Shown here: positions 47,978-58,307 of the stretch, in pieces
Numbering within the stretch: position 1 is the first letter of the stretch
Layout: every line of letters starts with the position of its first letter
Notes under the pieces: model-generated
The model's input: the letters and a program-made list of their open reading frames with translations, nothing else
Told to the model about the DNA's origin: nothing
Databases searched by the model: none
Position numbers and translations under genes: made by a program
Assembly (NCBI GenBank): GCA_023133295.1
Contig: JAGLWT010000133.1
Location: forward strand, 5,054-69,053
DNA length: 64,000 nt
Source of the DNA: a bacterium
GTDB lineage: Bacteria > AUK180
Direction of reading: 5' to 3'

Positions 47978-48235
47978 CTACTCCTCTTTTGCAAAGAATT
48001 CTTCCAATTGTTCGAAAAATTTCTCCTCGTCGATCCCGGAAAGACGGATCTTTACCCTGGCGCCGCTTTCGATTCCCAGGGACAGCAATCCCAGAATTGA
48101 CTTCGCGTTGACCTCAATATCATCTTTTACCAGGAGGACCTCGCCTTTAAATACACTGGTCAATTTGACAAATTCGGTGGCTGGCCGAAGATGAAGACCG
48201 TGTTGATTCATTACAGTGAACATTCTTTCATTCAT
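47978..48235 (-). CDS. ptsH: Phosphocarrier HPr
   Basis: GLHLRPA (His15) and VNAKSILG (Ser46). Confidence 0.96.
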   Translation of the reverse strand: MNERMFTVMNQHGLHLRPATEFVKLTSVFKGEVLLVKDDIEVNAKSILGLLSLGIESGARVKIRLSGIDEEKFFEQLEEFFAKEE

Positions 48236-48993
48236 ATTATTCCCCAGGTTACTAGTAATACCGCGACGGCCAGATTAAACAGAAATACCGCCCATTCCCT
48301 TCTTATGTATTTGATCACAAGGTAATCCGCGATCATAAAAAATATAAAGATATAGAACCAGATAGATGTTTTGACATCGGTCATCTCAAATACCTTGGAA
48401 AGAACAAGTGAAAAGGACACAACAAAGAGCAAATATGACGAGTAATTAAGTGTTTTCTCGAAAAAATAGAACTTTTTTGTAAATTTGAACGCCAGTCGGC
48501 CATGGCGAAAAGTTCTTTTGAATCCGCCCATTCTATAATAAAAGTGTACATAATTAAAGAATGCCAATCCGATGGCCAGAGCGACAAAGACCGTCCCTTT
48601 GAAACCCTCGACCAAGAGTGCTACAGATAGCGTGCAGAATGCAATAAGGAATGTTCGGAGATTGAACCAGAAAAAGGAATCACCAATGGAAGCGAGAGGG
48701 GCCATCAGTGAATTTCTCATTGAAACGATCTTTGCTTCATCCTCATTGAGAAGAAGCATTTTTGAGTGGAGAGCCAATATATACGAACTCATATAGGGTT
48801 GAGTGTTGAAATAGCTCCATTCCTTTATCAATCTTTGTTTCATTTCTTCCTTACCGAAGAGGAATCTATATACAGGTATGATCGCATAAAGGTAGCCGTA
48901 TAATTGCATGTATTTGTAGCTCCAGAGATTTTGGACGGAAAGCATTCTCCTCACAACCTTTTTCAATACACGGTTGAGCCCGATCTTACCCAT
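48232..48993 (-). CDS. PTS mannose/fructose/sorbose family IID
   Basis: WSYKYMQ, YFNTQP, MAPLASIGDSFFW. Confidence 0.9.
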   Translation of the reverse strand: MGKIGLNRVLKKVVRRMLSVQNLWSYKYMQLYGYLYAIIPVYRFLFGKEEMKQRLIKEWSYFNTQPYMSSYILALHSKMLLLNEDEAKIVSMRNSLMAPLASIGDSFFWFNLRTFLIAFCTLSVALLVEGFKGTVFVALAIGLAFFNYVHFYYRMGGFKRTFRHGRLAFKFTKKFYFFEKTLNYSSYLLFVVSFSLVLSKVFEMTDVKTSIWFYIFIFFMIADYLVIKYIRREWAVFLFNLAVAVLLVTWGII

Positions 48994-49792
48994 TCCTCAC
49001 TCCTTTGCCTTCTTTTATCAAAAACACAATAAATAAGAGTACTGTCAATAGATTCCAAAGAGGACTTATCCCGGACAACAGTGTTAATATTATGAGAAGC
49101 AGGGCCGGATATATGGGAAGATCGTTCCTTCTCAATTTTCTGAAAATATTCAAAGCTATCTTCGCGACAAAACCCACGATGAAGATAATAAATATCAGAT
49201 TCAACTCGCTTCCGGGTTCAATAAAAGACAGTATTTGTTTAGAAAACAGCACCATCAGAAAAAAGTAGGAATAAAGCTGAATAAAATTTAACGAGAAAAA
49301 GAGAATAAAACCCCATTTGGCCACGGATTCAAAGGTCTTGAACTCCCCTGACAATATATACCTCTTGCTATATTCAACAAGGTAAGAATTGAACTTCCGC
49401 AAGAGAATGTCAAAATATGCGCTTACGAACGATACTAGGATAGCAAGTGATAGAAGCAATACCAAAGAGGTTGCCCAGTTATTTCCATTTATCACGAAAC
49501 CCTGTTTTTTAAGAAAGAGAAGCGCAACTATAAGGAAGTTACCCGAAAGCACTTGATTAGGGACATAGCTGCTTCCGATCGGAAGGGAGAAAAGATAGAA
49601 AAGTTCTAAAACGACAGCGCCGGTAAGGAGGAAGTATCTGAATTCGGGCGGAAGATCAAAGAAAATGGTCAAGATCAGGACGGCAAGGGGAATAAAGATA
49701 ATTGGACGGGACAGCATGAATTGCCCCCATATCAAATTCTCTATTGCCAGCAGGCCGGAAATCAGGGAAAAGACCGTTAATGTGATCATCAT
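48986..49792 (-). CDS. PTS mannose/fructose/sorbose family IIC
   Basis: GQFMLSRPI, LELFYL..LPIGS..P; multi-TM. Confidence 0.85.
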   Translation of the reverse strand: MMITLTVFSLISGLLAIENLIWGQFMLSRPIIFIPLAVLILTIFFDLPPEFRYFLLTGAVVLELFYLFSLPIGSSYVPNQVLSGNFLIVALLFLKKQGFVINGNNWATSLVLLLSLAILVSFVSAYFDILLRKFNSYLVEYSKRYILSGEFKTFESVAKWGFILFFSLNFIQLYSYFFLMVLFSKQILSFIEPGSELNLIFIIFIVGFVAKIALNIFRKLRRNDLPIYPALLLIILTLLSGISPLWNLLTVLLFIVFLIKEGKGVRNG

Positions 49793-51705
49793 ATATTAAT
49801 TTCGTACTCTCCCTCATTTATGAAAATATTCACAGAAATCCCCTGAAGAATTTCTTCCACACCGGATTCGGAATTAGAAACAGTGCGTATGGGGTAAGTG
49901 ATCACCCGCCAATCTTCGGGAAATGTAAATTTCAGGGACATGTCAAACGGCTTGTCAAAGAGAATGAGTTTATTTGTGAACAGGTCAGATGTGGCTCCGC
50001 AACAATATACTTCATTCGAAGGAAGAACTTTGATCTTCTCGTCTTCCGAAGATATCGCTACATTCCATTGTTGTACCAATTCCTTACTTTTATCGAGTAT
50101 CTCGTTATTTATTTTAAACCCATCGGATGATACCTTTATTGTTTTTCTTAAAATATCCTCAAGGGAAAACACCAATTCCGAATCACCGATAATTGAACTT
50201 CCATATTTCTCCGAGCCGTAATTGTTTAATATCTTCTCATTTCTGTACATCTCAGCCGCGGTTATACCCGGCGTCACCGAAAGATCCAAGAGAGAGAAGC
50301 GTGGATGGTCGTCATATAGCAATTCTACTTTTTTATCCTTGAGGTAATACCCGTCGTGTATCGTTTTCACGCCGGAGGTATCTGACATATCTATTCGTTT
50401 GTGATAATATTCCTCTTTTCTTGTCATCACAGAAAGAATATTTCTGTTCATCTTGGAGATATCCCATTCATAAATGGTTCCTCCTGATAGTGAGAAATAT
50501 GCAGCGGATCCGACTTTTTCACAGATGATGTCCTTTTCGCCCGGGTTCAGATGTCTTCGTTGATAAATAGTATCTCCAAACTCGGACTGTTTGATAAGGT
50601 ACTCAAAGATCGCATGCCGCAGATGCGGGATGTAAACTCCTCCGAAAACGCCGTGCCAATATGAGCAATTACACTGAGCTCGAAACAGGTCCATCTTTTC
50701 TTCAGGCGGATACTCCTTAAACTTCCGGCTAATTTGCAGCATTCTTCTGAGCATGATATTGATCTCAGGGTACTTCACCGAGAAATTTGACCAGAAGCCG
50801 CCCTTGATGTAGACCTTCTGCTCTTCACCAACATGGTCTTTGAGCTCTCCTAATGCGTCCTGGCCCGAGGGGGAAAGGACCCACTCCATCATTTCCGGAT
50901 AAGAACAGGCGGGAATATTTATCCTTCCCATATTATCCGTATCATTGCTTTGCCCAAAATGGACGGTCTCCAGATCATCAGATTCCCGCAAGGCCGTCAA
51001 GAAATTCCGGAGCCACCCCTTATCGTAGACGAGTTCATGCGTCCCCGGCCAAAGTCCGAACTTTTCACCATCATCCGCCATCGTAATGAGTTTCCCGGGG
51101 AAACGCTTCAGAAACTCCATGACTTCTTCTACCGGGTGAAATGGCATCAGATACCGCAGGGTTTTTGAAATAGGAAATGACTCCACATTTGAATCCAGAT
51201 GTTCCGCATAGAATTTTCCGAAAAGGTCCACCCTGTCAAGGCCTGCGTATTGGAAATGGTACTCATCCAAAGGGATTTGTTTTATTCCTGCAGCCGAAAG
51301 TATTTCAGGGAAATGTGGTTCCCAAACCCTTTCAGCAAGCCAGGCGGCGGATGATACCTTTCCAAAAGTATCTTCCAGTTTTTTACGGTAAAGTGTTATT
51401 TGATCGATCGCATCCTGCCTGGGTATGTTTGAAATTATGGGTTCGTAGTAGGCACCGTTAATGATCTCGACATTTCCTGAATCCACCAGTGCGCGTATAT
51501 CAGAAATATATGACGGCACATGCTTTTCCAGCCATTCGAGCAAGTATCCGCTGAAGTGAAGTGAAAATTTGATTTCCGGAAAGCTGCCCAAGACCTCGAC
51601 CAACGGGCCATAGCTTTTCTCAAAAGCTTCTTTCAGCACAAAGCTGAAATTACCCACCGGCTGATGATTATGAAAGCAAAGGATCAGACGGGTCTTCATG
51701 TGCAA
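49789..51705 (-). CDS. GH57 alpha-amylase/4-alpha-glucanotransferase
   Basis: HNHQPVGN, AYYEPI, WLAERVWEP (nucleophile Glu), DDGEKFG (acid/base Asp), AQCNCSYWHGVFGG. No signal peptide. Confidence 0.93.
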   Translation of the reverse strand: MHMKTRLILCFHNHQPVGNFSFVLKEAFEKSYGPLVEVLGSFPEIKFSLHFSGYLLEWLEKHVPSYISDIRALVDSGNVEIINGAYYEPIISNIPRQDAIDQITLYRKKLEDTFGKVSSAAWLAERVWEPHFPEILSAAGIKQIPLDEYHFQYAGLDRVDLFGKFYAEHLDSNVESFPISKTLRYLMPFHPVEEVMEFLKRFPGKLITMADDGEKFGLWPGTHELVYDKGWLRNFLTALRESDDLETVHFGQSNDTDNMGRINIPACSYPEMMEWVLSPSGQDALGELKDHVGEEQKVYIKGGFWSNFSVKYPEINIMLRRMLQISRKFKEYPPEEKMDLFRAQCNCSYWHGVFGGVYIPHLRHAIFEYLIKQSEFGDTIYQRRHLNPGEKDIICEKVGSAAYFSLSGGTIYEWDISKMNRNILSVMTRKEEYYHKRIDMSDTSGVKTIHDGYYLKDKKVELLYDDHPRFSLLDLSVTPGITAAEMYRNEKILNNYGSEKYGSSIIGDSELVFSLEDILRKTIKVSSDGFKINNEILDKSKELVQQWNVAISSEDEKIKVLPSNEVYCCGATSDLFTNKLILFDKPFDMSLKFTFPEDWRVITYPIRTVSNSESGVEEILQGISVNIFINEGEYEINI

Positions 51706-52199
51706 CTGCCTTTGACTTTTTCAATAAACTCCGTATCGATCATGATCTTCGCGGAATTACAGGTCAATTGAAGACACAATTTGATCCCCTTATCTATCAT
51801 CTTTTCAAATATCTGTATATCCGAAGTTGATAAGAAGAGATAAGGAAATATCTCCCTTGAATCCTCGCTATAATGCAGGCCGCCGACATTGATCTTTGAA
51901 AAGCACATTCCGCACCCGCTTAAGAGAGCGAAACAATCTTCAACCGAACGGACAAGAAGCATCGAATCGTTCAGATCCAACGAGGGAAGTTTGCTTCTGA
52001 ATTGTTCGTGAGAGAATATATTCAGATGTGTTCCCGGCGGAATAGACATATCCCACAATGATTTTGTAAGAAAATCATTATTTGAGCGATCATCCACAAT
52101 GTACACATTCTTTTTATTAAGCGGCTGCAACCAACCGACATTAACCTGCCCGTGGATCAGTCTGTCGTCAATTCGCAGAGTAAAATTCTTTAATTCCAT
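51696..52199 (-). CDS. PTS mannose/sorbose family IIB
   Basis: RIDDRLIHGQV..GW, INVGGLH. Confidence 0.93.
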   Translation of the reverse strand: MELKNFTLRIDDRLIHGQVNVGWLQPLNKKNVYIVDDRSNNDFLTKSLWDMSIPPGTHLNIFSHEQFRSKLPSLDLNDSMLLVRSVEDCFALLSGCGMCFSKINVGGLHYSEDSREIFPYLFLSTSDIQIFEKMIDKGIKLCLQLTCNSAKIMIDTEFIEKVKGSCT

Positions 52200-52566
52200 C
52201 TTTCCCCGCTATAATAAGATTTTTCACAAGCTCCTCAAATCCATCATCATTCAGCGATGCCGCAAGTATTTTTATGACCATAGGGACATTTACTCCAGAG
52301 ACACAGGCACCTTTAATACCCTGCATAAGAAGTGTCCGAGCTGTATTATCGGGCGTTCCGCCGGCGATATCCGTAAGAAAAAGACAGGTGTTGCCTTCTG
52401 CAATATCTTTTACAGATCGCAGATAATCTTTCGGATTCATACTCGGACTAAGCTGTACCGCTTTCATTCGAACAGGCGGGTCTCCGGCAAGATAAAGAAA
52501 GAACTCCTTGAGTTTTTCACAAAGCTCACCGTGAGTTAAGATCAACACAAGCATGTCTTTATTCAT
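52168..52566 (-). CDS. PTS mannose family IIA
   Basis: ILTHG, LTDIAGGTP, SGVNVPM. Start at 52566 or 52554 is more likely than 52593. Confidence 0.9.
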   Translation of the reverse strand: MNKDMLVLILTHGELCEKLKEFFLYLAGDPPVRMKAVQLSPSMNPKDYLRSVKDIAEGNTCLFLTDIAGGTPDNTARTLLMQGIKGACVSGVNVPMVIKILAASLNDDGFEELVKNLIIAGKDGIKEFYSAN

Positions 52567-53572
52567 TATCAGCAATAAAATAAAAAGAATCAATATAACT
52601 GAGATCCTTTTTCCCCTGTTTTTTCTTCATCGACAATTTTTCATTGATGGTATTAATGGGATTCTCCCCCATAATGTTCGCAACATGAGATAGGCCTATC
52701 AGCTCTATTATATTCGCCAAATTCTTTGATGAGGTAACAGGGATCGTGTATTTCGGTATCTTTATTCCGAGAAGTCTCTCAAATTGTATATCCATTCTCA
52801 ATCTGTCGAATTTCTGATAATCTATATCTTCTCCCTTAACGAATTCCACAATTATTTCTACCCTCTTCTTATGTCGTATAGATTGAACGCCAAAGAGGGT
52901 TTTAACATCTATCAATCCTACTCCACGAGCTTCAACATGATAGGAAAACGGACTGTTCATCCCATAACCGATCAAGAATTCATATTGTTTGTGGATCACA
53001 ACAAGGTCATCGGAGACAAGACGATGGGAATCTGCTAAAAGCTCCAGAGCAACTTCACTTTTTCCGATGCCGCTTTCACCCTTGATAAGGATCCCAACAC
53101 CGTAAATATCCATTAAAACACCATGGACATGCGCCTTTGCAGCAAAAACGAAGTTGAGATACCTTTCAACCTTCTGAATGGTCTCCCTGCGGGAAGCAGC
53201 AGAATAGAGTAAGGTTATATGGTATTTTTTAAAGAGGTCGATCTCTCTTTTCGGGAGCCTTTTGCCGCAGATGATAATTGTGGGAATACGCAGGTCCTGC
53301 ACCGATGCCAAGAACTTATCCTTTTCGGGAAATGACAAATTGGAATAGTAGGATCTCCTATCATTTTCAATAATATACATCTGGCCTTTCTGCACATTCT
53401 TAAAATATTTCAGAAAGAGCAGGCCCAATTGGCCGAATTCTGAAACCCGGATCTTTCTACTCAACCCGTGCGGAGTTTTTGTAAGATCTTCTAAAAGAAG
53501 AAAGCCCTGAAGGTCCTTCAAGAAGGTTTTTACTGTTATTCCTTCATTTGTTCTTTTTGATGTAGAGGCCAT
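52559..53572 (-). CDS. hprK: HPr kinase/phosphorylase
   Basis: HGVLMDIYGVGILIKGESGIGKSEVALEL, HRLVSDD, EARGVGLID. Confidence 0.95.
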   Translation of the reverse strand: MASTSKRTNEGITVKTFLKDLQGFLLLEDLTKTPHGLSRKIRVSEFGQLGLLFLKYFKNVQKGQMYIIENDRRSYYSNLSFPEKDKFLASVQDLRIPTIIICGKRLPKREIDLFKKYHITLLYSAASRRETIQKVERYLNFVFAAKAHVHGVLMDIYGVGILIKGESGIGKSEVALELLADSHRLVSDDLVVIHKQYEFLIGYGMNSPFSYHVEARGVGLIDVKTLFGVQSIRHKKRVEIIVEFVKGEDIDYQKFDRLRMDIQFERLLGIKIPKYTIPVTSSKNLANIIELIGLSHVANIMGENPINTINEKLSMKKKQGKKDLSYIDSFYFIADNE

Positions 53573-54059
53573 AATTCCCGTCTTTTCTCTTGAATATCAC
53601 ATTAACCTCTCCCCTGTCTTCATTAAGGAAAGGATAGAAGTCAAGATCCTCTTCTTCAAGGATCAGGATCGCTTCATCAGCGGTGAGGGGCTTAATGTTG
53701 ATGTGAAAAAGAAAGATCTCCTTTGCGTCTTTGTCATTTTCCTCTATGATCTGGTCTTTTACACTGGAAAAACCCTTTTTCCCTTTTACGATATTTTTGT
53801 GTTTCACGATCTTTCTCTCGAGTTTATCGATCAAGAGGTCGATCACTTCAAGCGGTTGGTCTCCCCGTTCTTTCAAATGGAAGGTTTTTTTTCCTGAAAA
53901 CAAAGTAAGCTCAATGGAGTACCCGTTCCCCTCATGAGTAATGTTTGCCTGAGAAGAAGAGGGGGGATCGATCACTTTATCGATCTTGTCCATCTTTTTT
54001 TCAAGATAGTTCTTGATGTGATTTGTTACATGAAAATTTCCAACGATCTTTAGTTCCAT
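53544..54059 (-). CDS. hpf: Long ribosome hibernation promoting factor
   Basis: S30AE N-domain plus KPLTADEA..F..F.N....VNVIFKRKDGNYGL C-domain; follows rpoN. Confidence 0.9.
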   Translation of the reverse strand: MELKIVGNFHVTNHIKNYLEKKMDKIDKVIDPPSSSQANITHEGNGYSIELTLFSGKKTFHLKERGDQPLEVIDLLIDKLERKIVKHKNIVKGKKGFSSVKDQIIEENDKDAKEIFLFHINIKPLTADEAILILEEEDLDFYPFLNEDRGEVNVIFKRKDGNYGLYIKKNK

Positions 54060-54068
54060 ACGAACCTC

Positions 54069-55493
54069 CTATGACATCCTTTTTCTAATAGAGGCGGTTG
54101 GGATGTTCAAAACGCCCCTATACTTGGCAACAGTTCTTCTTGCTACAGCAATATTATATTTTTTTGTTATCAAATCGGATATTACCTGATCGCTCAAGGG
54201 CTTCTCGGCAGGCTCAGCATCGATCAATTCCTTGATATATTCTTTCACCACCTTTGATGAAACGCTTTCTGAATCATCGTAAGTATCGAGCTTTGAAGAG
54301 AAGAAATATTTGAGCTGAAAGATCCCGTCGGAAGTCTGAATGTATTTATTTCTGGTTATTCTGCTTATTGTGGATTCATGCATTTCTACTTTCTCCGCAA
54401 TCTCTTTCAATGTGAGGGGTTTCAGCCCCAGGATCCCTTGAATCAGAAATGCTTTCTGAACTTGAAAGATCGATTTTGTTATCAAATATATGCTTCTTCT
54501 GCGCTGATAAATACCCTTGATAAGGAACATCGCATTCTCGTATTTTGACTTCATCCTTCTGATCTCTTTGTCAGTAAATAGTTTTTCATTATTAACTTCT
54601 TCGTAATAACCGGTGTTTAATTTGTACTTAGAGATCCCCATGTCATTTAAAACGATGATCACTTCCTGTTTCTCATTTAAGAATACGATCGCGTCGGGAA
54701 CGATCGAGGTATTCCCTGATTCCTTGTACTGACGGCCCGGGTATAACTCCAGGGTCTTGATAAATTCTACCGCTTCCTTTATTTCCTCAAAGGAAATATC
54801 CTCTTCCTTTGCGATCTCCTCATATCTCAATTTCAGGAAATCACTCCAGTACTTCTCGATTATTCGGCATGCCAAAGACGACGGTCCCATCTGCTGCTGG
54901 ATCTGGACCTGAAGCACTTCCTGTATGGAGTAAGCCCCGACACCGATCGGGTCAAGCAGCATGAATCTTCTTCTGATCGCTTCTATCCGTTTCAGATCTA
55001 TATGAGTAAATTCTTTTTTGATAGTCAGCTCTATATCGAAGGAGGATAATTGAAGGAATCCGTCTTCGTCCAGATTGCCGGCCATATATGTTGCAAGCCA
55101 TCGTTCATCACTCTCTTCAAAAAGGATTTGTATCTGTTTCACTAAATGCTCTTCAAGAGTTTCAGGATAGGTCAAGGTATTTTCTATTACATTATCCTCA
55201 TTACGTTCCGGCCTGCTCATCTCATCACCGAACATATTATCAACATAATAGTCAATATCTACATCGGGAGCATCCTTATCCTTGCGTTCATCGGTCTCTT
55301 CTTTGTTCTGATACTGCTCTTCCGATTTGAGAAAAGGATTCGTGCTCCACTCTTCTTCTAACTTTTCCTTCAATTCCAATGTAGACAGCTCCATGAGCTT
55401 CATGGTCTGTATAAGAGCGGGTGTAAGCCTCAATTCCTGCCTTAACTTATTCTTTAATTGGAGATTCAGGCTTAAATTCTTATCTGCACTCAT
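54069..55493 (-). CDS. rpoN: RNA polymerase sigma-54
   Basis: GNLDEDGFL, DPIGVGA, LKPLTLKEIA..MHESTISR, PLSDQ, RpoN box ARRTVAKYR. Confidence 0.97.
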   Translation of the reverse strand: MSADKNLSLNLQLKNKLRQELRLTPALIQTMKLMELSTLELKEKLEEEWSTNPFLKSEEQYQNKEETDERKDKDAPDVDIDYYVDNMFGDEMSRPERNEDNVIENTLTYPETLEEHLVKQIQILFEESDERWLATYMAGNLDEDGFLQLSSFDIELTIKKEFTHIDLKRIEAIRRRFMLLDPIGVGAYSIQEVLQVQIQQQMGPSSLACRIIEKYWSDFLKLRYEEIAKEEDISFEEIKEAVEFIKTLELYPGRQYKESGNTSIVPDAIVFLNEKQEVIIVLNDMGISKYKLNTGYYEEVNNEKLFTDKEIRRMKSKYENAMFLIKGIYQRRRSIYLITKSIFQVQKAFLIQGILGLKPLTLKEIAEKVEMHESTISRITRNKYIQTSDGIFQLKYFFSSKLDTYDDSESVSSKVVKEYIKELIDAEPAEKPLSDQVISDLITKKYNIAVARRTVAKYRGVLNIPTASIRKRMS

Positions 55494-56242
55494 ATATCAA
55501 ACGCACTGCCCAGATAGGTGCTTTTAACCGCTTCATTGTTTATCAGCTCATCGCAAGTTCCCCGGGTAAGTATCGCCCCATCGAACATTATATACGAATA
55601 TTCTGTAATTTTCAATGTTTCCCTGACATTGTGGTCTGTTATGAGTATTCCAATATTTCTATCTTTAAGCTGTACTATTATCTCTTGCAAGTCCTCTATG
55701 GACTTCGGATCTACACCCGTAAAAGGTTCATCCAAAAGGATGAAGGCCGGATCTGAAGCGAGAGCACGGGCGATCTCAACCCTCCGGGTTTCGCCTCCGG
55801 AAAGCTGATACCCTTGATTATTGCGAACCTTGGTCAGGCCGAATTCCTCAAGTAGTCGGTCCGTCTCTTCGTTCATTTTCACCTTAGATGCCAACTTATA
55901 TTGAAGTATGGAGAGAATATTTTCGGAAACAGTAAGGTTTCGGAAAATGGATTTTTCTTGGGGAAGGTATGTTATTCCAAGGCGACCCCGTACATGCATA
56001 GGAAGATTTGAAATATCGCGGTCATCAATAAATATCTTACCTGAACGAGGGCGGATCATGCCGACTATCATATAAAAACTAGTGGTCTTGCCTGCACCGT
56101 TCGGGCCTAAGAGTCCTACTATACTCCCCCTTTTGACCTCGATCGATACGTCTTTGACAACTTCTCTCTTCTTATAGACCTTCTTCAGATGCTCTGCTTT
56201 CAGTATCAAAGAATCTCTATCTGAATAACTCACTGTTATCAA
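55490..56242 (-). CDS. lptB: LPS export ABC ATPase
   Basis: GLLGPNGAGKTTSFYM, YLPQE, LSGGETRRVEIARALA, ITDHNVRETL. Confidence 0.95.
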   Translation of the reverse strand: MITVSYSDRDSLILKAEHLKKVYKKREVVKDVSIEVKRGSIVGLLGPNGAGKTTSFYMIVGMIRPRSGKIFIDDRDISNLPMHVRGRLGITYLPQEKSIFRNLTVSENILSILQYKLASKVKMNEETDRLLEEFGLTKVRNNQGYQLSGGETRRVEIARALASDPAFILLDEPFTGVDPKSIEDLQEIIVQLKDRNIGILITDHNVRETLKITEYSYIMFDGAILTRGTCDELINNEAVKSTYLGSAFDI

Positions 56243-56741
56243 CCTCCAAAGACATCTTGTCTATCCTCTCTATATAAATTTTAATGAAATTATTTTCGCT
56301 TGTCAAATAATGCCCCTCAATTGTCCTTCCCTCCTCGATAATAATGAACTTAAAGTCCCCGGGTACAAGTATCTTATCCCCGGGAATATCGTAATGCAGC
56401 CGGGAGCACATGAGAAGATGATCCCCATCCTCATACTTCACATTACCCGATAGGATCATCGACACATCCATGGTGAGGGTTCCCGAATCTCCGGTAACAC
56501 GACTCCGGCCGGAAGCCAGCCGGAATTCCACATCACAATGCTTACCCGAGATATCATTACCTTCTATCAGTATATCCTTGCCTTTGAAATGCCAAAGATA
56601 TTCACCCGAACTGCTGGAGTGCAAGGATAATGTTTTGATCGAGTAATCCCCCTGAAAGTCCCGAAACACCGACTTTCCGCCCTTGGCGCAACCGGGTAGG
56701 ATGATCAATAACAGAAGAAATATTAAGTTAAACCTACTCAT
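56217..56741 (-). CDS. LptC/LptA-like beta-jellyroll protein
   Basis: N-terminal hydrophobic segment ending LPGC, beta-rich, LSGNV; located between kdsC and lptB. Confidence 0.6.
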   Translation of the reverse strand: MSRFNLIFLLLLIILPGCAKGGKSVFRDFQGDYSIKTLSLHSSSSGEYLWHFKGKDILIEGNDISGKHCDVEFRLASGRSRVTGDSGTLTMDVSMILSGNVKYEDGDHLLMCSRLHYDIPGDKILVPGDFKFIIIEEGRTIEGHYLTSENNFIKIYIERIDKMSLEVDNSELFR

Positions 56742-57204
56742 CCAGAATAATATCTATCAGCTCTCTTACCGCCCCAGCGCCACCGGGCTTAGACATGACC
56801 ATATGGGCATTTTCCTTGACCTTGTAATGAGCATCCCTGGGGACAGTAAAATAGCCCACATAGGGCAGGACGGAAAGGTCGGGAATATCATCCCCGATAA
56901 ATACAGAATTCTCCTTGGAAATATTCAACTCTGCCAATATTTTCTGAACCGCGACGCTCTTATCTTCACCGTCAACAAAGCTCACGGGACATCCTAATTC
57001 CTTTGCGCGCTTTTGCGTAGCAGGATCTTTTCGACCGGTAATCCAGTAGATATGAATTCCCGCCTGAATGGCTTTGATGATACCGTATCCATCCTTTGTA
57101 TTAAAACTTTTGGAATAACTTCCGTCATTTGAAATAAGGAGATTGCCGTCGGTCAATACACCGTCAACATCGCAAAAAATTATCTCGATGGTCTTTGGGA
57201 TCAT
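56734..57204 (-). CDS. kdsC: KDO 8-phosphate phosphatase (HAD)
   Basis: [38 protein letters not shown]. Confidence 0.92.
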   Translation of the reverse strand: MIPKTIEIIFCDVDGVLTDGNLLISNDGSYSKSFNTKDGYGIIKAIQAGIHIYWITGRKDPATQKRAKELGCPVSFVDGEDKSVAVQKILAELNISKENSVFIGDDIPDLSVLPYVGYFTVPRDAHYKVKENAHMVMSKPGGAGAVRELIDIILDE

Positions 57205-58307
57205 ACAATGGTTGCCTCGGTGTCGATGTCAAAGAAATGTATCGATTCCATATCGACGACTACATCGATCTTGTCTCCTATTTTGACCCTGAGCTTGGGA
57301 GAAAATCTTCCGGTAAAGGTCGTATTCTCAACCTTGAAATATATATATATTTCGGATCCCATCGGTTCGATGACATCGGCGGTCGATTTCAATGTAGTGA
57401 AGGGTTTTGCATCAGATACAAAGATCTTGTCCTCAACATGTTCGGGCCGGAACCCCAGAACAACATTCTTATCGACATACTTTTCCATTATCTTCTGATG
57501 TTCCTTGAAAACGACTAATTTCACCGATTTGCCGTAAACAAAATAAAGATTACTCCCCTCGGAAACGATCTTTCCTTCTAAGAAGTTCATCGAAGGAGAA
57601 CCTATGAAACCCGCGACGAACTTATTCACGGGATGATTATACATGCGTATCGGTGAATCCACCTGCACAATATCGCCATCCTTCATAATTACGATACGAT
57701 CACCCATCGTCATGGCTTCCATCTGGTCATGTGTAACATATATCATCGTTGTTTTGAGCCGATTATGGAGTTTCTGAAGCTCAGCCCGCATCTGTACACG
57801 GAGTTTTGCGTCAAGATTGGAAAGGGGTTCGTCAAAAAGGAACACCGTGGGCTTTCTGACAATGGCGCGGCCTACTGCCACACGCTGACGCTGGCCTCCG
57901 GAAAGCATACTTGGCTTCCTATCCAAAAGATCTGTAATCCCCAGTATCTCGGAAGCATCCGTTACACGTTCTTCAATCGCCTTCTTCGGGTATTTTCGAA
58001 GTTTCAAACCGAATGACATATTATCATATACTGTCATATGAGGGTACAATGCGTAGTTCTGAAATACCATGGCAATATCGCGGTCTTTTGGAGAAACATG
58101 ATTTATGACCTTGTCTCCGATGAAGATCTTGCCTTCTGTGATATCTTCAAGCCCCGCGATCATCCTGAGAGTGGTGGTCTTTCCGCAGCCGGACGGGCCA
58201 ACTATAACGGTAAATTCCTTGTCCGGAATAGTAAGATTTACCTTCTTAACTGCAACAAAGCCATTATCGTATTGTTTAACAACATCTTTTAAGATAACTT
58301 CAGCCAT
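57201..58307 (-). CDS. Sugar ABC transporter ATP-binding protein (MsmK/MalK/UgpC family)
   Basis: [53 protein letters not shown] tail. Confidence 0.93.
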   Translation of the reverse strand: MAEVILKDVVKQYDNGFVAVKKVNLTIPDKEFTVIVGPSGCGKTTTLRMIAGLEDITEGKIFIGDKVINHVSPKDRDIAMVFQNYALYPHMTVYDNMSFGLKLRKYPKKAIEERVTDASEILGITDLLDRKPSMLSGGQRQRVAVGRAIVRKPTVFLFDEPLSNLDAKLRVQMRAELQKLHNRLKTTMIYVTHDQMEAMTMGDRIVIMKDGDIVQVDSPIRMYNHPVNKFVAGFIGSPSMNFLEGKIVSEGSNLYFVYGKSVKLVVFKEHQKIMEKYVDKNVVLGFRPEHVEDKIFVSDAKPFTTLKSTADVIEPMGSEIYIYFKVENTTFTGRFSPKLRVKIGDKIDVVVDMESIHFFDIDTEATIV

